A DNA stretch of 64,000 nt, taken from the NCBI GenBank assembly GCA_963760795.1, contig CAVXEP010000015.1, forward strand, positions 96,001 through 160,000. The letters run 5' to 3'. Below are positions 20,478 through 31,074 of this stretch, piece after piece. Position 1 is the first letter of the stretch, and each line of letters starts with the position of its first letter. The notes beneath the pieces are model-generated. The model searched no databases and was not told the origin of the DNA. It saw only the letters and a list, made by a program, of their open reading frames with translations. This DNA is from an uncultured delta proteobacterium (GTDB lineage Bacteria > Desulfobacterota > Binatia > UBA9968). Both the position numbers and the translations under genes were made by a program.

Positions 20478-21113
20478 CTACGGTTTGTAGATAACGATCC
20501 GCAAATCCCTCCCCCGCCCGCCTTCCGGACAAGCGCTGATGGCGACCAAGCAGTCCATTTCCGAGCGGAAGTCGACCCTATCGCCCTCCGGCCGCGGCCG
20601 GGTCATCGAGTAGCGCATGCTGCCGCTCTTGGCGTTGATCACCATGGTTTGAAACACGTTGAGCGGGCTCGGCACATCTTCTTTCGCCACGCCGTGGGGC
20701 TTGAGCGCCTTGGCAAGATTCTCCCAGCAGCCATGCTTGGGCGCGACGACTTTTTTTCTACCCAATTTTTTCCACACGCCGCCGTAAATTTTGAAAATCT
20801 CCTCGCCCCATTTCTTGTAGAAAGACGTGCTGCACATGCCTTTCTCCATATCATGGCTGCCTTTGTAGGTGTCTTTGACGATGGTCTGCATGACGTTGTT
20901 GAATTTGGAAATGAGCACGTCGCCAGTCGACACGTAAATTTTCCCCTGGTCGACCTTGGTCCGCGCCTGATCGAATCGCTCTTTGACGTTGTGCAGATTG
21001 AACACGGTGTAGTCGGCGGTCGAATGCCCCATCACGCTAATGATCCGGCCTTTCTTGACGGCAAAGGTCGCGCCGCTATTGCTCTTAATGATCGACTCAC
21101 TGACGATTTTCAC
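20478..21113 (-). CDS. Urea-carboxylase-associated family (DUF1989) protein
   Basis: HD...C, HGCWENL, PLNVF, AISACP metal-site pattern. Confidence 0.88.
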   Translation of the reverse strand: MKIVSESIIKSNSGATFAVKKGRIISVMGHSTADYTVFNLHNVKERFDQARTKVDQGKIYVSTGDVLISKFNNVMQTIVKDTYKGSHDMEKGMCSTSFYKKWGEEIFKIYGGVWKKLGRKKVVAPKHGCWENLAKALKPHGVAKEDVPSPLNVFQTMVINAKSGSMRYSMTRPRPEGDRVDFRSEMDCLVAISACPEGGRGRDLRIVIYKP

Positions 21114-21260
21114 GCTCGCCTCCTCGGTGAAACGAAAATAATTTTTTGTAAGTTACCGACTGGTCCCGTCAAAAGCAAGTTAATCCCGCGCCGCGCTGGC
21201 AGTTTGATTGACTCTACCGTGGGCTCGTGGATAAATACGCGGCAAGTTGAGCGCAAACCC

Positions 21261-22095
21261 ATGAGCGATCCATCGGCAATCAACCCGTCATCCTCATCCG
21301 TCATCCAGGTCGAGAACGTTTCCAAAACCTTTCAGACTTCCGACGAAGACAAAATCGCCGCTCTCGAAAACATCTCACTCGAAATTCATCCCGGCGAGTT
21401 TGTCACCGTGGTCGGCCCGAGCGGTTGCGGCAAGTCGACTTTGATAAAATTAATCGCCGGCCTGGTCGGTTTGAGCGCCGGGCGGATTATCTGCCAGGGC
21501 GAAGAAGTGCGCGGTCTGAATACCAAGGTCGGCTACGTGCCGCAGGAAAGTAAACTGTTCCCCTGGCTCACCGTGGAAGAAAATGTCGCCTTCGGCCTCG
21601 ACAGCAAAGGCTATTCGAAAGAAGAGCGCACGCGAGCGAGTGCGCCATTACATTCAACTGGCCGGGCTGGCGGGTTTTGAGAAACGTTATCCCTCGCAGC
21701 TCTCCGGCGGCATGGCCAAGCGCGCCTCCATCGTCCGCGCGCTCGCCTACGATCCCACGGTGATATTGATGGACGAACCCTTCGGCCCGCTGGACGCCCA
21801 GACGCGCATGATCCTGCAAGACGAGCTGTTAAAAATCTGGGAGCAAAAGCGCCAAACGATCATCTTCGTGACGCACGATCTCGTCGAAGCCGTGGCGCTG
21901 GCCGACCGCGTCGTGGTGCTGACGCACCGGCCGGGAAAAATCCGCGACGTCATCACCGTGGCGATGCGCCGGCCGCGCAATATTTTCGAAATCCACCGGC
22001 AAGATGGTTTTGACGAAGCCCATGCCCGGCTATGGAATATTTTCCGCCATGAGCTCAATGTGCGGGATAACGGCGCCAACCCGACAACTGAATAG
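21261..22095 (+). CDS. ABC transporter ATPase (frameshift near 21635)
   Basis: GPSGCGKS in ORF 20403-21680; LSGGM and MDEPF in ORF 21583-22095. Confidence 0.9.
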
Positions 22096-22099
22096 TGAC

Positions 22100-22936
22100 A
22101 TGAGCACCGATCGACAATCCCAAGTCCGCCGCACGCCGACACTGTCACAGCCTGGCTGGCGCCGGAACTTAATGATTCACGCCATTCGCATCTTCGTCGT
22201 CGGCGGTTTCTTCCTGCTCTGGGAAGTCGCCTCGGGCCGCTGGATCGAAGCGTTCTTGATCAGCAGCCCGAGCAAGATCTGGAAGGCGTTTTTGCAGGCC
22301 TTTCAATCCGGCGATCTGATCAATAATACCTGGGTGACCTTTCAGGAGATCGGCATCGGCTTTCCCATCGGCGCCTTGACCGGCATCTGGACCGGCTATA
22401 TTTTCGGCAGGAGCAAAGCGTTGGCTGAGATCTTCGAGCCAATCATCATCGCGCTCTACGGCGTGCCGCGCACGGCGCTGGCGCCGCTGTTCATCGTCTG
22501 GTTAGGCATCGGCATCTGGTCCAAGGTCGGCGTCGTCTTCATCCTGGTTTTCTTTCTGAATTTTTTTAACACCTACGCCGGCATGAAACAGCTCGATCAA
22601 GAGTTCGTCGATCTGGCGCGGCTGATGGGCGCCAACCGCTGGCGCTTGTCCTTTCGCGTCATCCTGCCGGCGGTGTCGCCGTACATTATCACCGGCTTCA
22701 AAACCAGCATCCCGTTCTCGGTCATCGGCGCCATCACCGGCGAATTCATCGCCGCCACCGAAGGGCTGGGCTATTACATCCGCGCCGCCGCCGGTGTGTT
22801 TAGAACCGCCGACGTGTTTGTCGGCATCGCCGTCTTGATGATAATCGTGATCCTAATGAACAAAGTTGCCGATCTGATCGAACGGCGCGTGTTGCGCTGG
22901 CAGACTCAGACCGAAAGCGTCCAGGTCCAAGGATAA
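22100..22936 (+). CDS. ABC transporter permease (NitT/TauT)
   Basis: PRTALAPLFIVWLG, DLARLMGA. Confidence 0.92.
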   Translation: MSTDRQSQVRRTPTLSQPGWRRNLMIHAIRIFVVGGFFLLWEVASGRWIEAFLISSPSKIWKAFLQAFQSGDLINNTWVTFQEIGIGFPIGALTGIWTGYIFGRSKALAEIFEPIIIALYGVPRTALAPLFIVWLGIGIWSKVGVVFILVFFLNFFNTYAGMKQLDQEFVDLARLMGANRWRLSFRVILPAVSPYIITGFKTSIPFSVIGAITGEFIAATEGLGYYIRAAAGVFRTADVFVGIAVLMIIVILMNKVADLIERRVLRWQTQTESVQVQG

Positions 22937-22946
22937 GGAGGTTTCG

Positions 22947-23984
22947 ATGAATAAAAAGCTATGCGCGCTGGCCATCGCCGTCATGGCCTGGGACGCCGTC
23001 CCCGTCGGCGCTCAGCAAAAAGAAGAAATTACTATCACCACGGCGGTTTCCAACCTGGCTTTCTCGGCGGTCTGGGTCGCCGAGCAATTGAAATATTTCG
23101 ACCAGGAGGGCGTGCGCGCCAAAGTCGTCGCCGCCGGCGGCGGCTCGCAATGCCAGAGCGCGGTGGTCGGCCGTTCGGCGCAGTTCTGCGCCTCGTCGTC
23201 GGAAGGTTTGATCCTTGCCTACGCCGAAGGCGCGCCGTTGATCGCCGTGCAGTCGCATAACCGTAACATGACCCTCACAGTCGGCGTGCGCAAAGCGATC
23301 GTCGATAAATTAAAGCTCACGCGCAAAAGTCCGCTGCAGGAGCGCATGCAGGTGGTGACTCACCTTGGCACCATCGGCACCACCGGCCCCGGCGCGGTGT
23401 CGGAGCAAATCTTTCGCTTCATGGCCAACAAGGCCAAAGGCGCCGACCCGAGCAAGTTAAAATTCGCCGCCCTCGGCGGCAATGAACTGGTGCCGGCGCT
23501 GATGAACAACGTCATCGATGGCTTCGCCCAATCACCGCCATCGGTGGAGATCACCGAAGCCGCCGGCAAAGGCTACGCGCTGATCCCGTTGGGGCTCGGC
23601 GAGATAGCGGAATTCACCGACTATCACTACGAAGTCTTGATGGCCCGCCCCGACTACGCCGAGGCCAACCGCGCCACCACCACCGCGGTATCCCGCGCGA
23701 TCTCCCGCGCCGGCGCGCTCTACCACAGCAAACCCAATGAGTTCAAAGCCGCCCTGCGCGCCCATAAATTTTCCGACAAATCGAAGCTGGAAGACGATGT
23801 TTTCAACCTGGCCTACAGCATGGTCGCCCCGGCGATGCCCAAGTGGGGCAATATGACCGTCGAAGGGTGGAACAAGGTCATCAACTTCGCCGCCGGCGCC
23901 GGCATGTTGAAAGACCGCGCGAAGATCCCGACAGCCACCGAAGGATTGTTGTGGACCAACAAATTCATTGGCAAAGCGCCGTAG
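22947..23984 (+). CDS. ABC substrate-binding protein
   Basis: AGGAGG RBS, signal peptide, KYFDQEGV; follows permease. Confidence 0.88.
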   Translation: MNKKLCALAIAVMAWDAVPVGAQQKEEITITTAVSNLAFSAVWVAEQLKYFDQEGVRAKVVAAGGGSQCQSAVVGRSAQFCASSSEGLILAYAEGAPLIAVQSHNRNMTLTVGVRKAIVDKLKLTRKSPLQERMQVVTHLGTIGTTGPGAVSEQIFRFMANKAKGADPSKLKFAALGGNELVPALMNNVIDGFAQSPPSVEITEAAGKGYALIPLGLGEIAEFTDYHYEVLMARPDYAEANRATTTAVSRAISRAGALYHSKPNEFKAALRAHKFSDKSKLEDDVFNLAYSMVAPAMPKWGNMTVEGWNKVINFAAGAGMLKDRAKIPTATEGLLWTNKFIGKAP

Positions 23985-24001
23985 CCTCGCGGCGCTCGGC
24001 C

Positions 24002-24196
24002 TTCCAGATTACAAATTCAAAATTCCATATTAGGAGACCGCGGCCGTGCGATCCGGCAATCTGGAATATGGAATTTGCAATTTGGCATTCGTTGAGCGCC
24101 GGCAAAATTTCAAATTACAGATTCCAAATTCCAGATTGGGAATTTGCCACTGATCGCAGCCCGGCTATTGAATCTGGAATTTGTAATCGGGAATTC
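24002..24196. repeat. Two tandem inverted arrays of 7-nt repeats (same family as 15545)
   Basis: ttccagattacaaattcaaaattcc/ctggaatatggaatttg and aattacagattccaaattccag/tctggaatttgtaatc between convergent genes. Confidence 0.85.
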
Positions 24197-24212
24197 GCTG
24201 AGCGCGCAGCGC

Positions 24213-24887
24213 TCAGCGATACCCCATCGCCGCCAGGAATTGTTTCAGCGAGCCAAATCTTAAATAGGGATTGGTCTTCTTCTGCTCGCCGATGGTGGCT
24301 TGCTTGAGCGCCGCATAGTTGTGGCCGGGGAACAGAATCGTGTCTTCCGGCAGCGCCATCAGCTTTTGCGTCAGGCTGTAATACATCTGCTCGGCGTTGC
24401 CGCCGGGGAAATCCACGCGGCCGCAGGCGTCGATGAACATCGTGTCGCCCGAAACCACCCGCCCATCGACCAAAAAGCACTGCGAACCGGGCGTGTGGCC
24501 GGGGGTGTGCATGAGTTCGATCTCGATACCGCCGACGTCGATCTTGTCGCCGTGATCGGTTTTAACCAGGTCCGACGCTACCAAGCCTTTGAGAAACTCC
24601 GCCTCGGCCTTATGCACCACCACTTTGGCTTTGCACTTCTCCAACAATTCACTCACGCCGGCGATCTCGACGCCGGCGAACGCGCCGCCGACATGATCCG
24701 GGTGGGTGTGGGTGACGAAAGCGTGAGTAATCTCCATGTCGTCCTGGGCCGCGGTTTTGACAATCGTGTCGATCTCCCACGCCGCATCGACCACCGCGAC
24801 TTTGCGGGTCTCGGTGGAACCGATGAGATAGACGTAGTTCTGCATCGGGCCGATTTCGAGCTGTTTAAAATAAAGCGAAGGATTCAT
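24213..24887 (-). CDS. MBL-fold metallo-hydrolase (glyoxalase II-like)
   Basis: THTHPDH, TPGHTPGS, SGDT, FPGH. Confidence 0.93.
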   Translation of the reverse strand: MNPSLYFKQLEIGPMQNYVYLIGSTETRKVAVVDAAWEIDTIVKTAAQDDMEITHAFVTHTHPDHVGGAFAGVEIAGVSELLEKCKAKVVVHKAEAEFLKGLVASDLVKTDHGDKIDVGGIEIELMHTPGHTPGSQCFLVDGRVVSGDTMFIDACGRVDFPGGNAEQMYYSLTQKLMALPEDTILFPGHNYAALKQATIGEQKKTNPYLRFGSLKQFLAAMGYR

Positions 24888-24949
24888 GAGAGCACTGTAG
24901 CAATGGCTGCGGAATTTGTAATGTGAAATTTGCTATATGGAATTCGCTT

Positions 24950-25396
24950 TCAGCGTCCTTTCGCTGAAAGCGATTGGTAGCTAACCCCGTCGCCATTATC
25001 ACTACTCACCGGCAGCCCCGACGCCGACCAGCCCGGCGCGATGACCGTTCCAGATTGGTCGCGCATGCCGCCGAAGCCGCCGAGTAAGTTGGAAATGTCC
25101 TGATAACCGGCTTCTAACAGCATACCCGCCGCCCTAGTGGAGCGCGGACCTGCCTGGCAACCGACGATGATTTTCTTGTCTTTGGCAAAGTTTTTATCGA
25201 CGACGTTGACGAAGTTCTCATTCAACACCATGCCGCGCGCCGGATCGGCAAACGCCACGGGAATATTCACCGCGCCGGCCGGATGGCCATTGGCAAACTC
25301 CTGCGCCGTGCGCACGTCGATGTAGACGACGCTCTTATCGGCGCTTAGAGTTTCGTGCGCCTGTTGTGGTGTGATCTCTTTGATCGCCATAGTCAT
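24950..25396 (-). CDS. Rhodanese-like protein
   Basis: IDVRT..EF..GH..GAVNIP, CQAGPRS. Confidence 0.93.
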   Translation of the reverse strand: MTMAIKEITPQQAHETLSADKSVVYIDVRTAQEFANGHPAGAVNIPVAFADPARGMVLNENFVNVVDKNFAKDKKIIVGCQAGPRSTRAAGMLLEAGYQDISNLLGGFGGMRDQSGTVIAPGWSASGLPVSSDNGDGVSYQSLSAKGR

Positions 25397-25413
25397 AATC
25401 CATTTCCAAGTTC

Positions 25414-25442
25414 GTTGAACTTTGAACCTTGAACGTTGAACC
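25414..25442. repeat. 7-nt TTGAACN repeat (single arm)
   Basis: gttgaactttgaaccttgaacgttgaacc. Confidence 0.7.
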
Positions 25443-25456
25443 GCGCGGTGCGCGCG

Positions 25457-26228
25457 CTACATCCCCATAATATTGTAGCCGGCGTCGACATGCACGACTT
25501 CGCCGGTCACGGCGCTGCCCCAGTCGCTGCATAGATATAGCGCGGTTTTGCCGACTTCTTCGGCGTCGATGTTGCGCTTCAGCGGCGCGCGCTCGGCGAC
25601 GTGGTGCAGCATGGATTTGAAGTCGGAAATGCCAGCCGCCGCAAGGGTTCGCAGCGGCCCGGCGGATATCGCGTTGACGCGAATGCCCTTTCGGTCCGAG
25701 ATCATGGGCCAGATAACGCACGCTCGCTTCCAACGCGGCTTTGGCTACGCCCATGACATTGTAGTTGGGAATGACTTTTTCCGAACCCATGTAGGTCAGC
25801 GTCAAGACCGCACCGTTGCGCCCTTCCATCAGCGGCGCGGCGTGGCGCGTCAGTGAAACCAGTGAATAGGCGCTGACATCCATCGCCAGATGAAATCCCG
25901 CCCGGCTGGTCTGCACATAGGGATTGGCCAGGTCTTCTTTATTAGCGAAGGCGATGGCGTGGATCAAGATGTCGAGACCGCCCCATTCCTGCTTGAGCGT
26001 CGCGAAAACTTTCTCGACCTCTTCGTCCTTGGTCACGTCGCAGGGCAAGATAATTTTCGCGCCGATTCCCTCGGCCAACGGCCGCACGCGCTTCTCCAAA
26101 ATCTCGCCGGCGAAGGTAAAGGCCAACTCCGCCCCCTCGGCATGAAACGCCTCCGCGATCGCCCAAGCGATGCTCCGCTCATTGGCCACGCCAAAGATCG
26201 CCGCCTTTTTCCCCTCCAACAGTTTCAT
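25457..26228 (-). CDS. fabI: Enoyl-ACP reductase (frameshift near 25690)
   Basis: GVANERSIAW, YNVMGVAKAALE, then RVNAISAGP...GEVVHVDAG in the alternate frame. Confidence 0.93.
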
Positions 26229-26244
26229 GAACGCCTCCCCGCCT

Positions 26245-26381
26245 ATTTTGGATTTTGGATTTTCGATTTTAGATTGTCGGACAGAGAATCCAGAACTCGG
26301 AGCCAAGAATTTTCATCCACGCGTGTACTTCCTAATCCAAATCCGTCCGAGTCGCCTTACTCCTCACTATTCACTCCTAAC
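26245..26381. repeat. 7-nt repeat arms (ATTTTGG type and TCACTCC type)
   Basis: attttggattttggattttcgattttagatt; ccttactcctcactattcactcctaac. Confidence 0.75.
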
Positions 26382-26383
26382 AG

Positions 26384-27446
26384 TCACCTGATGATTCTAC
26401 TCGCCCGCGCCAACACTTCGGGTGGTATCGTCATGCCGAGCTGCTTTGCCGTCTTCAGGTTGATGACCAAATCGAACTTCTTGGGCCGTTCCACGGGTAT
26501 GTCAGCGGGTTTTGTCCCTTTGAGAATCATATCGACGATCTCAGCGGCGCGCCGAAACATCTCTGCACGATCCTCCCCGTAAGACATCAATCCACCTGCC
26601 TCAACAAACCGCTCGACAATATACATTGCTGGAAGCCGATTCTTTGTCGCCAGATCTATGATCCGTTTCTCGTGAAAGGCGAAGAACCCGCCGCCTCCCA
26701 GCATAAGCGCCTGAGCCCGCTTTTTGGTTGCGGCTTGAAATGCCCCTTCGAAGTCGTCAGGCCCTTTCACCTCTATGGATTGAAGCCCTATCCGTAAAAA
26801 CCGAGCTACAGGCTCCACCTCCTTCAACTCATCGTCCGCGTTGGGATTGGTCGGACTCCAGAGAAAAGCCACTCGCGCGAGCTTGGGAACCGTTTCTTTT
26901 AATAGCTCGAGCCGTTTGCCGTATAGCTCGGCGCCAGCATTGGTCATCCCCGTTATGTTTCCACCCGGATGCGCGAGGTCGGCGACAATACCACGCCTTA
27001 CGGCATCCGCGCCGAATGCCATGACAACGGGGATCGTCTTGATCACGTCCTTGGCAGTCTGCGCCGCTTCAGTTCCTTGGGTAACGATGACACCACAGTT
27101 GAGACGGACGAACTCGGCGGCAAAGTTTTGGAGGCGGTCAACATTGCCCTCCCAATACCGATAATCGATTGTGAGGTTCTGCCCCTCGACATAGCCGAGC
27201 TCCCGTAAACGTTGTTGAAATGGCTTTATGATTTCCGCTGTAGCAGAAACGGTGTTCCCTAGATAACATACGCGTGCAACTTTCTTAGGGTGCTGCGCGT
27301 CGACCATTACCATCACCACAGCGCAAGACGTGATAGCGATCGGCGACAAGCCCAACCCATTTTGGATTTTGGTCCGCGTGGCCGCTTTTAGATTTTGGAT
27401 TACCGGAACAAGAATTCCGGACTGAATTCCAAAGTCTGTGTGTCAT
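26384..27446 (-). CDS. ABC substrate-binding protein, ABC_sub_bind type (frameshift near 27342)
   Basis: LRELGYVEGQNL, HPGGNITG, GGLMSYG, PADIPVERP; upstream frame from ATG 27446 supplies ...QNPKWVGLVA signal region. Confidence 0.88.
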
Positions 27447-27546
27447 CGATTTGCCCTAGTTCAATCCAAAATCGAAAATCCAAAATTACTAGCGCTTCCT
27501 CGGCTTTTCTTTTTCCCTTTGCCTTTTTACTTTTTACTTTTGCCTT
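27358..27546. repeat. Inverted 7-nt ATTTTGG/CCAAAAT array plus TTTTTAC-type arm
   Basis: attttggattttgg, ttttagattttggatt ... aatccaaaatcgaaaatccaaaatt; cctttgcctttttactttttacttttgcc. Confidence 0.8.
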
Positions 27547-28138
27547 GGCCGCGCAATCCGCGCTGCCAAAGATACTCCGGTTCGCCCATTTGATGACTGA
27601 TCCAGCGCGCTAGGACGAAAAACAAATCGCTCAGCCGGTTAAGATATTTAATCACGTCGTCGTTGATCATTTCCTCGCGCGATAGGCGCAAGACATCCCG
27701 TTCGACGCGCCGGCACACCGTGCGGCACTGGTGCAAGTAGGCGCCGATGCGGCCGCCGCCGGGCAGGATGAAGGACTGCAACGGTTCGAGATCTTTCTGG
27801 CACTGGTCGATCCATTTTTCCAGCCGCTTGATTTCATCCGCGCCGACGCGGTACATGCCCGCTTGGAAAAACTCCGGCGGCGTCGCCAGCTCGCTGCCGA
27901 TATCGAACAGCTCGTCTTGTATCTGGCACAGGACTTCGTCGAGAAACCGATGCCCTTCACCCGATTCGCGATCTTCTTCGTTGAAAACCCGCGCCACGCC
28001 GACAACCGAGTTCAGCTCATCGACGGCGCCATAGGCCTCGACCCGCAGCGAGTCCTTGGCGACGCGCTTGCCGCCGACCAGCCCGGTCTCGCCCCGGTCG
28101 CCTGTGCGTGTGTAAACTTTAGTGATGCGAACAGCCAT
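27527..28138 (-). CDS. pduO: ATP:cob(I)alamin adenosyltransferase (PduO type)
   Basis: KVYTRTGDRGET, YGAVDELNS, FILPGG, RTVCRRVER, YLNRLSD. Confidence 0.93.
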   Translation of the reverse strand: MAVRITKVYTRTGDRGETGLVGGKRVAKDSLRVEAYGAVDELNSVVGVARVFNEEDRESGEGHRFLDEVLCQIQDELFDIGSELATPPEFFQAGMYRVGADEIKRLEKWIDQCQKDLEPLQSFILPGGGRIGAYLHQCRTVCRRVERDVLRLSREEMINDDVIKYLNRLSDLFFVLARWISHQMGEPEYLWQRGLRGQGKSKK

Positions 28139-28145
28139 GGATCTC

Positions 28146-28268
28146 AATTCAATTGAGAATGAAAAGTGCAGAATGCAAAATTCAAAATTAAGACAATCGA
28201 AACAGCTCCAAATCTATTCCTAAATTTTGCATTCTGCATTCTATCTGCACTTTTCATTTTGCATTCTG
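28146..28268. repeat. Inverted array of 7-nt repeats (AATGCAR / TGCATTY)
   Basis: agaatgaaaagtgcagaatgcaaaattcaaaatt ... aattttgcattctgcattct..ttttcattttgcattct. Confidence 0.85.
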
Positions 28269-28271
28269 TCT

Positions 28272-29642
28272 TCAGCTCTTCGCCGCCCGCTTGCGCCAGA
28301 TCAAATAAGCCGGAATGCCCAGGCAAACGATGGCGAGACCGATCAGCGAATCTTTCGGTTTTTCGGTCACCGAGCCCCAGACGATCCACAGGTGAACCAG
28401 GACAAAGAGTATCGGCACCAGCGGATAGCCCCAGAGCCGATAGGGCCGTTTGAGTTCCGGCCGCTTGATACGAAGCACGATCACCGAGCCTACCGTGAAA
28501 GCGGAGAAAAGTGTGATGACCACGCTGACATAGGTAAACAAAGTGCCCCAAGTATTGGTGAGAATCAGCAGACAACACCACAAGGCCTGGAGCAGAATCG
28601 CCTTGGTCGGCGTGCCGAAGCTCGGGTGAACGTAGGTGAGCTGGTGAAAGAAGACACCGTCCTTCGCCATCGCATAATAGATGCGTGGCCCGATCATCGT
28701 CACCACGTTGAGCGCGCCGAGAATCGACACCGTGATGATTGCGGTGATCCAGGCTGAGGTCTTGTAGCCGAACAGCGCCGTGGTCGCGACTTCCGACATG
28801 CGCAGCGCGCCTTTCATCTCGGTCACCGGCACGGCATAGATATAGACGGCGTTAATCGCCAAGTAGAGCGCGATAACTATAAGCACGCCGTACATCAGCG
28901 CCCGTGGCAGGTTCCTATCGGGATCTTCCACTTCGCCGGCAATGTAGGTCACCGCGTTCCAGCCCGAGTAAGCAAAGATCACCGGAATGAAGGCCGCGCC
29001 GAACAAACTTGAGTTGCCGATCTTACTCCAGTCGAACAGCGGTTGGAAGTGGCTCGTGTTGCCGTTGCCGAAGAATATGCCGAGTAGAATGATCCCCAGG
29101 AGCGCGCCGATCTTCAAGATCGTCAAGATATTCTGCGTCACAGTTCCTTGCCGGACGCCCATACAGTGGAGTCCGGACAAGAGCAACACGACCCCGATGG
29201 AAAACAGCGTGCCAATTTTGACGGTGATCGGTATCAACGGTAGAGACAGAGAAAAGATCACTTCTTCCGAACCCAAGATAGGGAAAAAGAATGACATAAA
29301 GCCGTTCAAGATGACCGAGAGAAATGCGATGGCGCCGGAAAAAGTTACCAGAAACGAAGACCAGCCGGAGAGAAATCCCATCAGTCTGCCGTAAGCCTCG
29401 CGGATGTAAATGTAATCGCCGCCAGCGTAGGGCAGGCTTGCGGCCAATTCGGCGCAAGTCAGCGCGCCGGCAAGAGCCAGCAAGCCGCCAAAAAGCCAGA
29501 CGAGCAAGACACCGCCGGGGGACGGCAAGGTCTCCGCGATCGCCCCAGTAGAGATAAAAATTCCCGTGCCGATCATATCGCCGGCGATCAGCATCACCGC
29601 TGAAAACAACCCGATTTGCCGCTTGAGTTCAGTTTGCGCCAT
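28272..29642 (-). CDS. APC-family amino acid permease
   Basis: IGTGIF, AELAASLPYAGG, FAYSGWN, PRIYYAMAKDG. Confidence 0.94.
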   Translation of the reverse strand: MAQTELKRQIGLFSAVMLIAGDMIGTGIFISTGAIAETLPSPGGVLLVWLFGGLLALAGALTCAELAASLPYAGGDYIYIREAYGRLMGFLSGWSSFLVTFSGAIAFLSVILNGFMSFFFPILGSEEVIFSLSLPLIPITVKIGTLFSIGVVLLLSGLHCMGVRQGTVTQNILTILKIGALLGIILLGIFFGNGNTSHFQPLFDWSKIGNSSLFGAAFIPVIFAYSGWNAVTYIAGEVEDPDRNLPRALMYGVLIVIALYLAINAVYIYAVPVTEMKGALRMSEVATTALFGYKTSAWITAIITVSILGALNVVTMIGPRIYYAMAKDGVFFHQLTYVHPSFGTPTKAILLQALWCCLLILTNTWGTLFTYVSVVITLFSAFTVGSVIVLRIKRPELKRPYRLWGYPLVPILFVLVHLWIVWGSVTEKPKDSLIGLAIVCLGIPAYLIWRKRAAKS

Positions 29643-29747
29643 AGCGATTAGAAATACAGGGAAACGGCAAAACAGGCAACGTCGAATCGTAATTTCTGCA
29701 GCGAGAAGCATTCATAAGAACTCGCAACAGACAGAACGGGGTAGGCC

Positions 29748-30263
29748 TTAGCGACATTTAAGCACGGGCGGTTCGCCCGGTGCTAATTTAGATCGATTTA
29801 TCTTCCCCTCGGTCGGCGCCACACAGCCGCACCGCCCGGCAGAAGCCGCATCAGGTTTTTGCACGGTGACGCCTCGGTGGCAAAACAGCTGCAGCAAACG
29901 TTTCAGGGTTACATTTTGAGTTTTAGATTGGCGCCGATAGAGTGCCGCCAACACTCGTTGGCCGAGCGCTTGTATGTAGTTTCTATCCCCCGCGTAGAGA
30001 GTGACCAGGTGGCGGCGATAGCGCAGATTCGTCGGATCCAATGCCACACAATAACGAGCTTCAGACAGAGCATCCTGCATGCGGCCGTTTTGCGCCAAAA
30101 GTTTGCTGAATTGAAACCTGAGCCTTGGTTCAAGCGTCTTCCAACCTGCGTTACCGCCGATAGACTTGCACTCACGGGATGATATCATCGGGAAACAATG
30201 CAATGCCAATCTACTCAACGCAAGTGAAACATGGATCGGCGCAGTCCAACTCGCTAATATCAA
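29748..30263 (-). CDS. Hypothetical, possibly TPR-like fragment
   Basis: Helix pair LAQNGRMQDAL...ALDPTN resembles TPR; atypical composition and overlap with neighbouring upstream region. Confidence 0.25.
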   Translation of the reverse strand: MILASWTAPIHVSLALSRLALHCFPMISSRECKSIGGNAGWKTLEPRLRFQFSKLLAQNGRMQDALSEARYCVALDPTNLRYRRHLVTLYAGDRNYIQALGQRVLAALYRRQSKTQNVTLKRLLQLFCHRGVTVQKPDAASAGRCGCVAPTEGKINRSKLAPGEPPVLKCR

Positions 30264-30283
30264 GTAAAAGAGGGCGCTTTATC

Positions 30284-30961
30284 ATGACACAATCGTGGTT
30301 ATCTCTATCACTGCTATTTCTGGCGTTCATATCGACGAACGGCGACGCCCAAGACGCAGCCAAGCGCGATCATCAACGAATGGATCGCCTGCACAATGAT
30401 CCCAAAGCGTACATGAAAGCTTTGGAGGACCCCAAGCGCGATGAATATCAGAAACCTCATGAGGTCCTGAGCGCGCTCAACATCAAGCCCGGCGAAACCA
30501 TCGCCGATATCGGCGCCGGCACGGGCTATTTCACATTCCGCCTGGCCCATCATGTCGGCGACAAAGGCAAAGTCTACGCCGTCGACGTCAGCGCCGACAT
30601 GGTCCGCCACATCAACCGGCGCATCCGCGAAACCAAATCGGCCAACGTCGTCTCCATCCTCGCCGACCTGGACGATCCGCTGCTGCCGGACCAATCGGTC
30701 AATCGCTTCTTCATCTGCGACGTCTGGCACCATGTCGAGAATCAAACGAAATATCTCTCGCTGATGAAGAAGATGCTCAAACCCGGCGGCGAGATCGTCA
30801 TGATCGACTTTCACAAAAAAGAACTCCCCTTCGGCCCGCCGCTGCAAATGAAAATCGCCCGCGAGGATTTGATCAGACAGATGGAAGCCAACGGCTTACG
30901 ACTCAGCAAAGAACACACCTTCCTGCCGCACCAATATTTTCTGGTCTTCATGGTGAAATAA
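30284..30961 (+). CDS. Class I SAM methyltransferase with predicted signal peptide
   Basis: IADIGAGTGYF, VYAVDV, LKPGG. Confidence 0.9.
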   Translation: MTQSWLSLSLLFLAFISTNGDAQDAAKRDHQRMDRLHNDPKAYMKALEDPKRDEYQKPHEVLSALNIKPGETIADIGAGTGYFTFRLAHHVGDKGKVYAVDVSADMVRHINRRIRETKSANVVSILADLDDPLLPDQSVNRFFICDVWHHVENQTKYLSLMKKMLKPGGEIVMIDFHKKELPFGPPLQMKIAREDLIRQMEANGLRLSKEHTFLPHQYFLVFMVK

Positions 30962-30963
30962 CC

Positions 30964-30990
30964 GACGGGCGCAGCATGCAGCGCCCCGAC
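30964..30990. repeat. Degenerate REP palindrome
   Basis: gggcgcagcatgcagcgccc after stop codon. Confidence 0.55.
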
Positions 30991-31074
30991 AGTTCTCGCA
31001 GGGGCGATTTGCATGCGTTCTCTTCTCTGCGTGCCATATGCCCTGAACGCCCTGAGCGCCGTCGAAGGATGCGG

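Noticed and set aside
24002-24196. CRISPR array
   Set aside because: Units are 7 nt, degenerate and inverted; no 23-47 nt direct repeats with unique spacers and no cas genes.
25680-25710. Programmed frameshift in fabI and other split genes
   Set aside because: No shared slippery motif; sequencing error is the simpler explanation.
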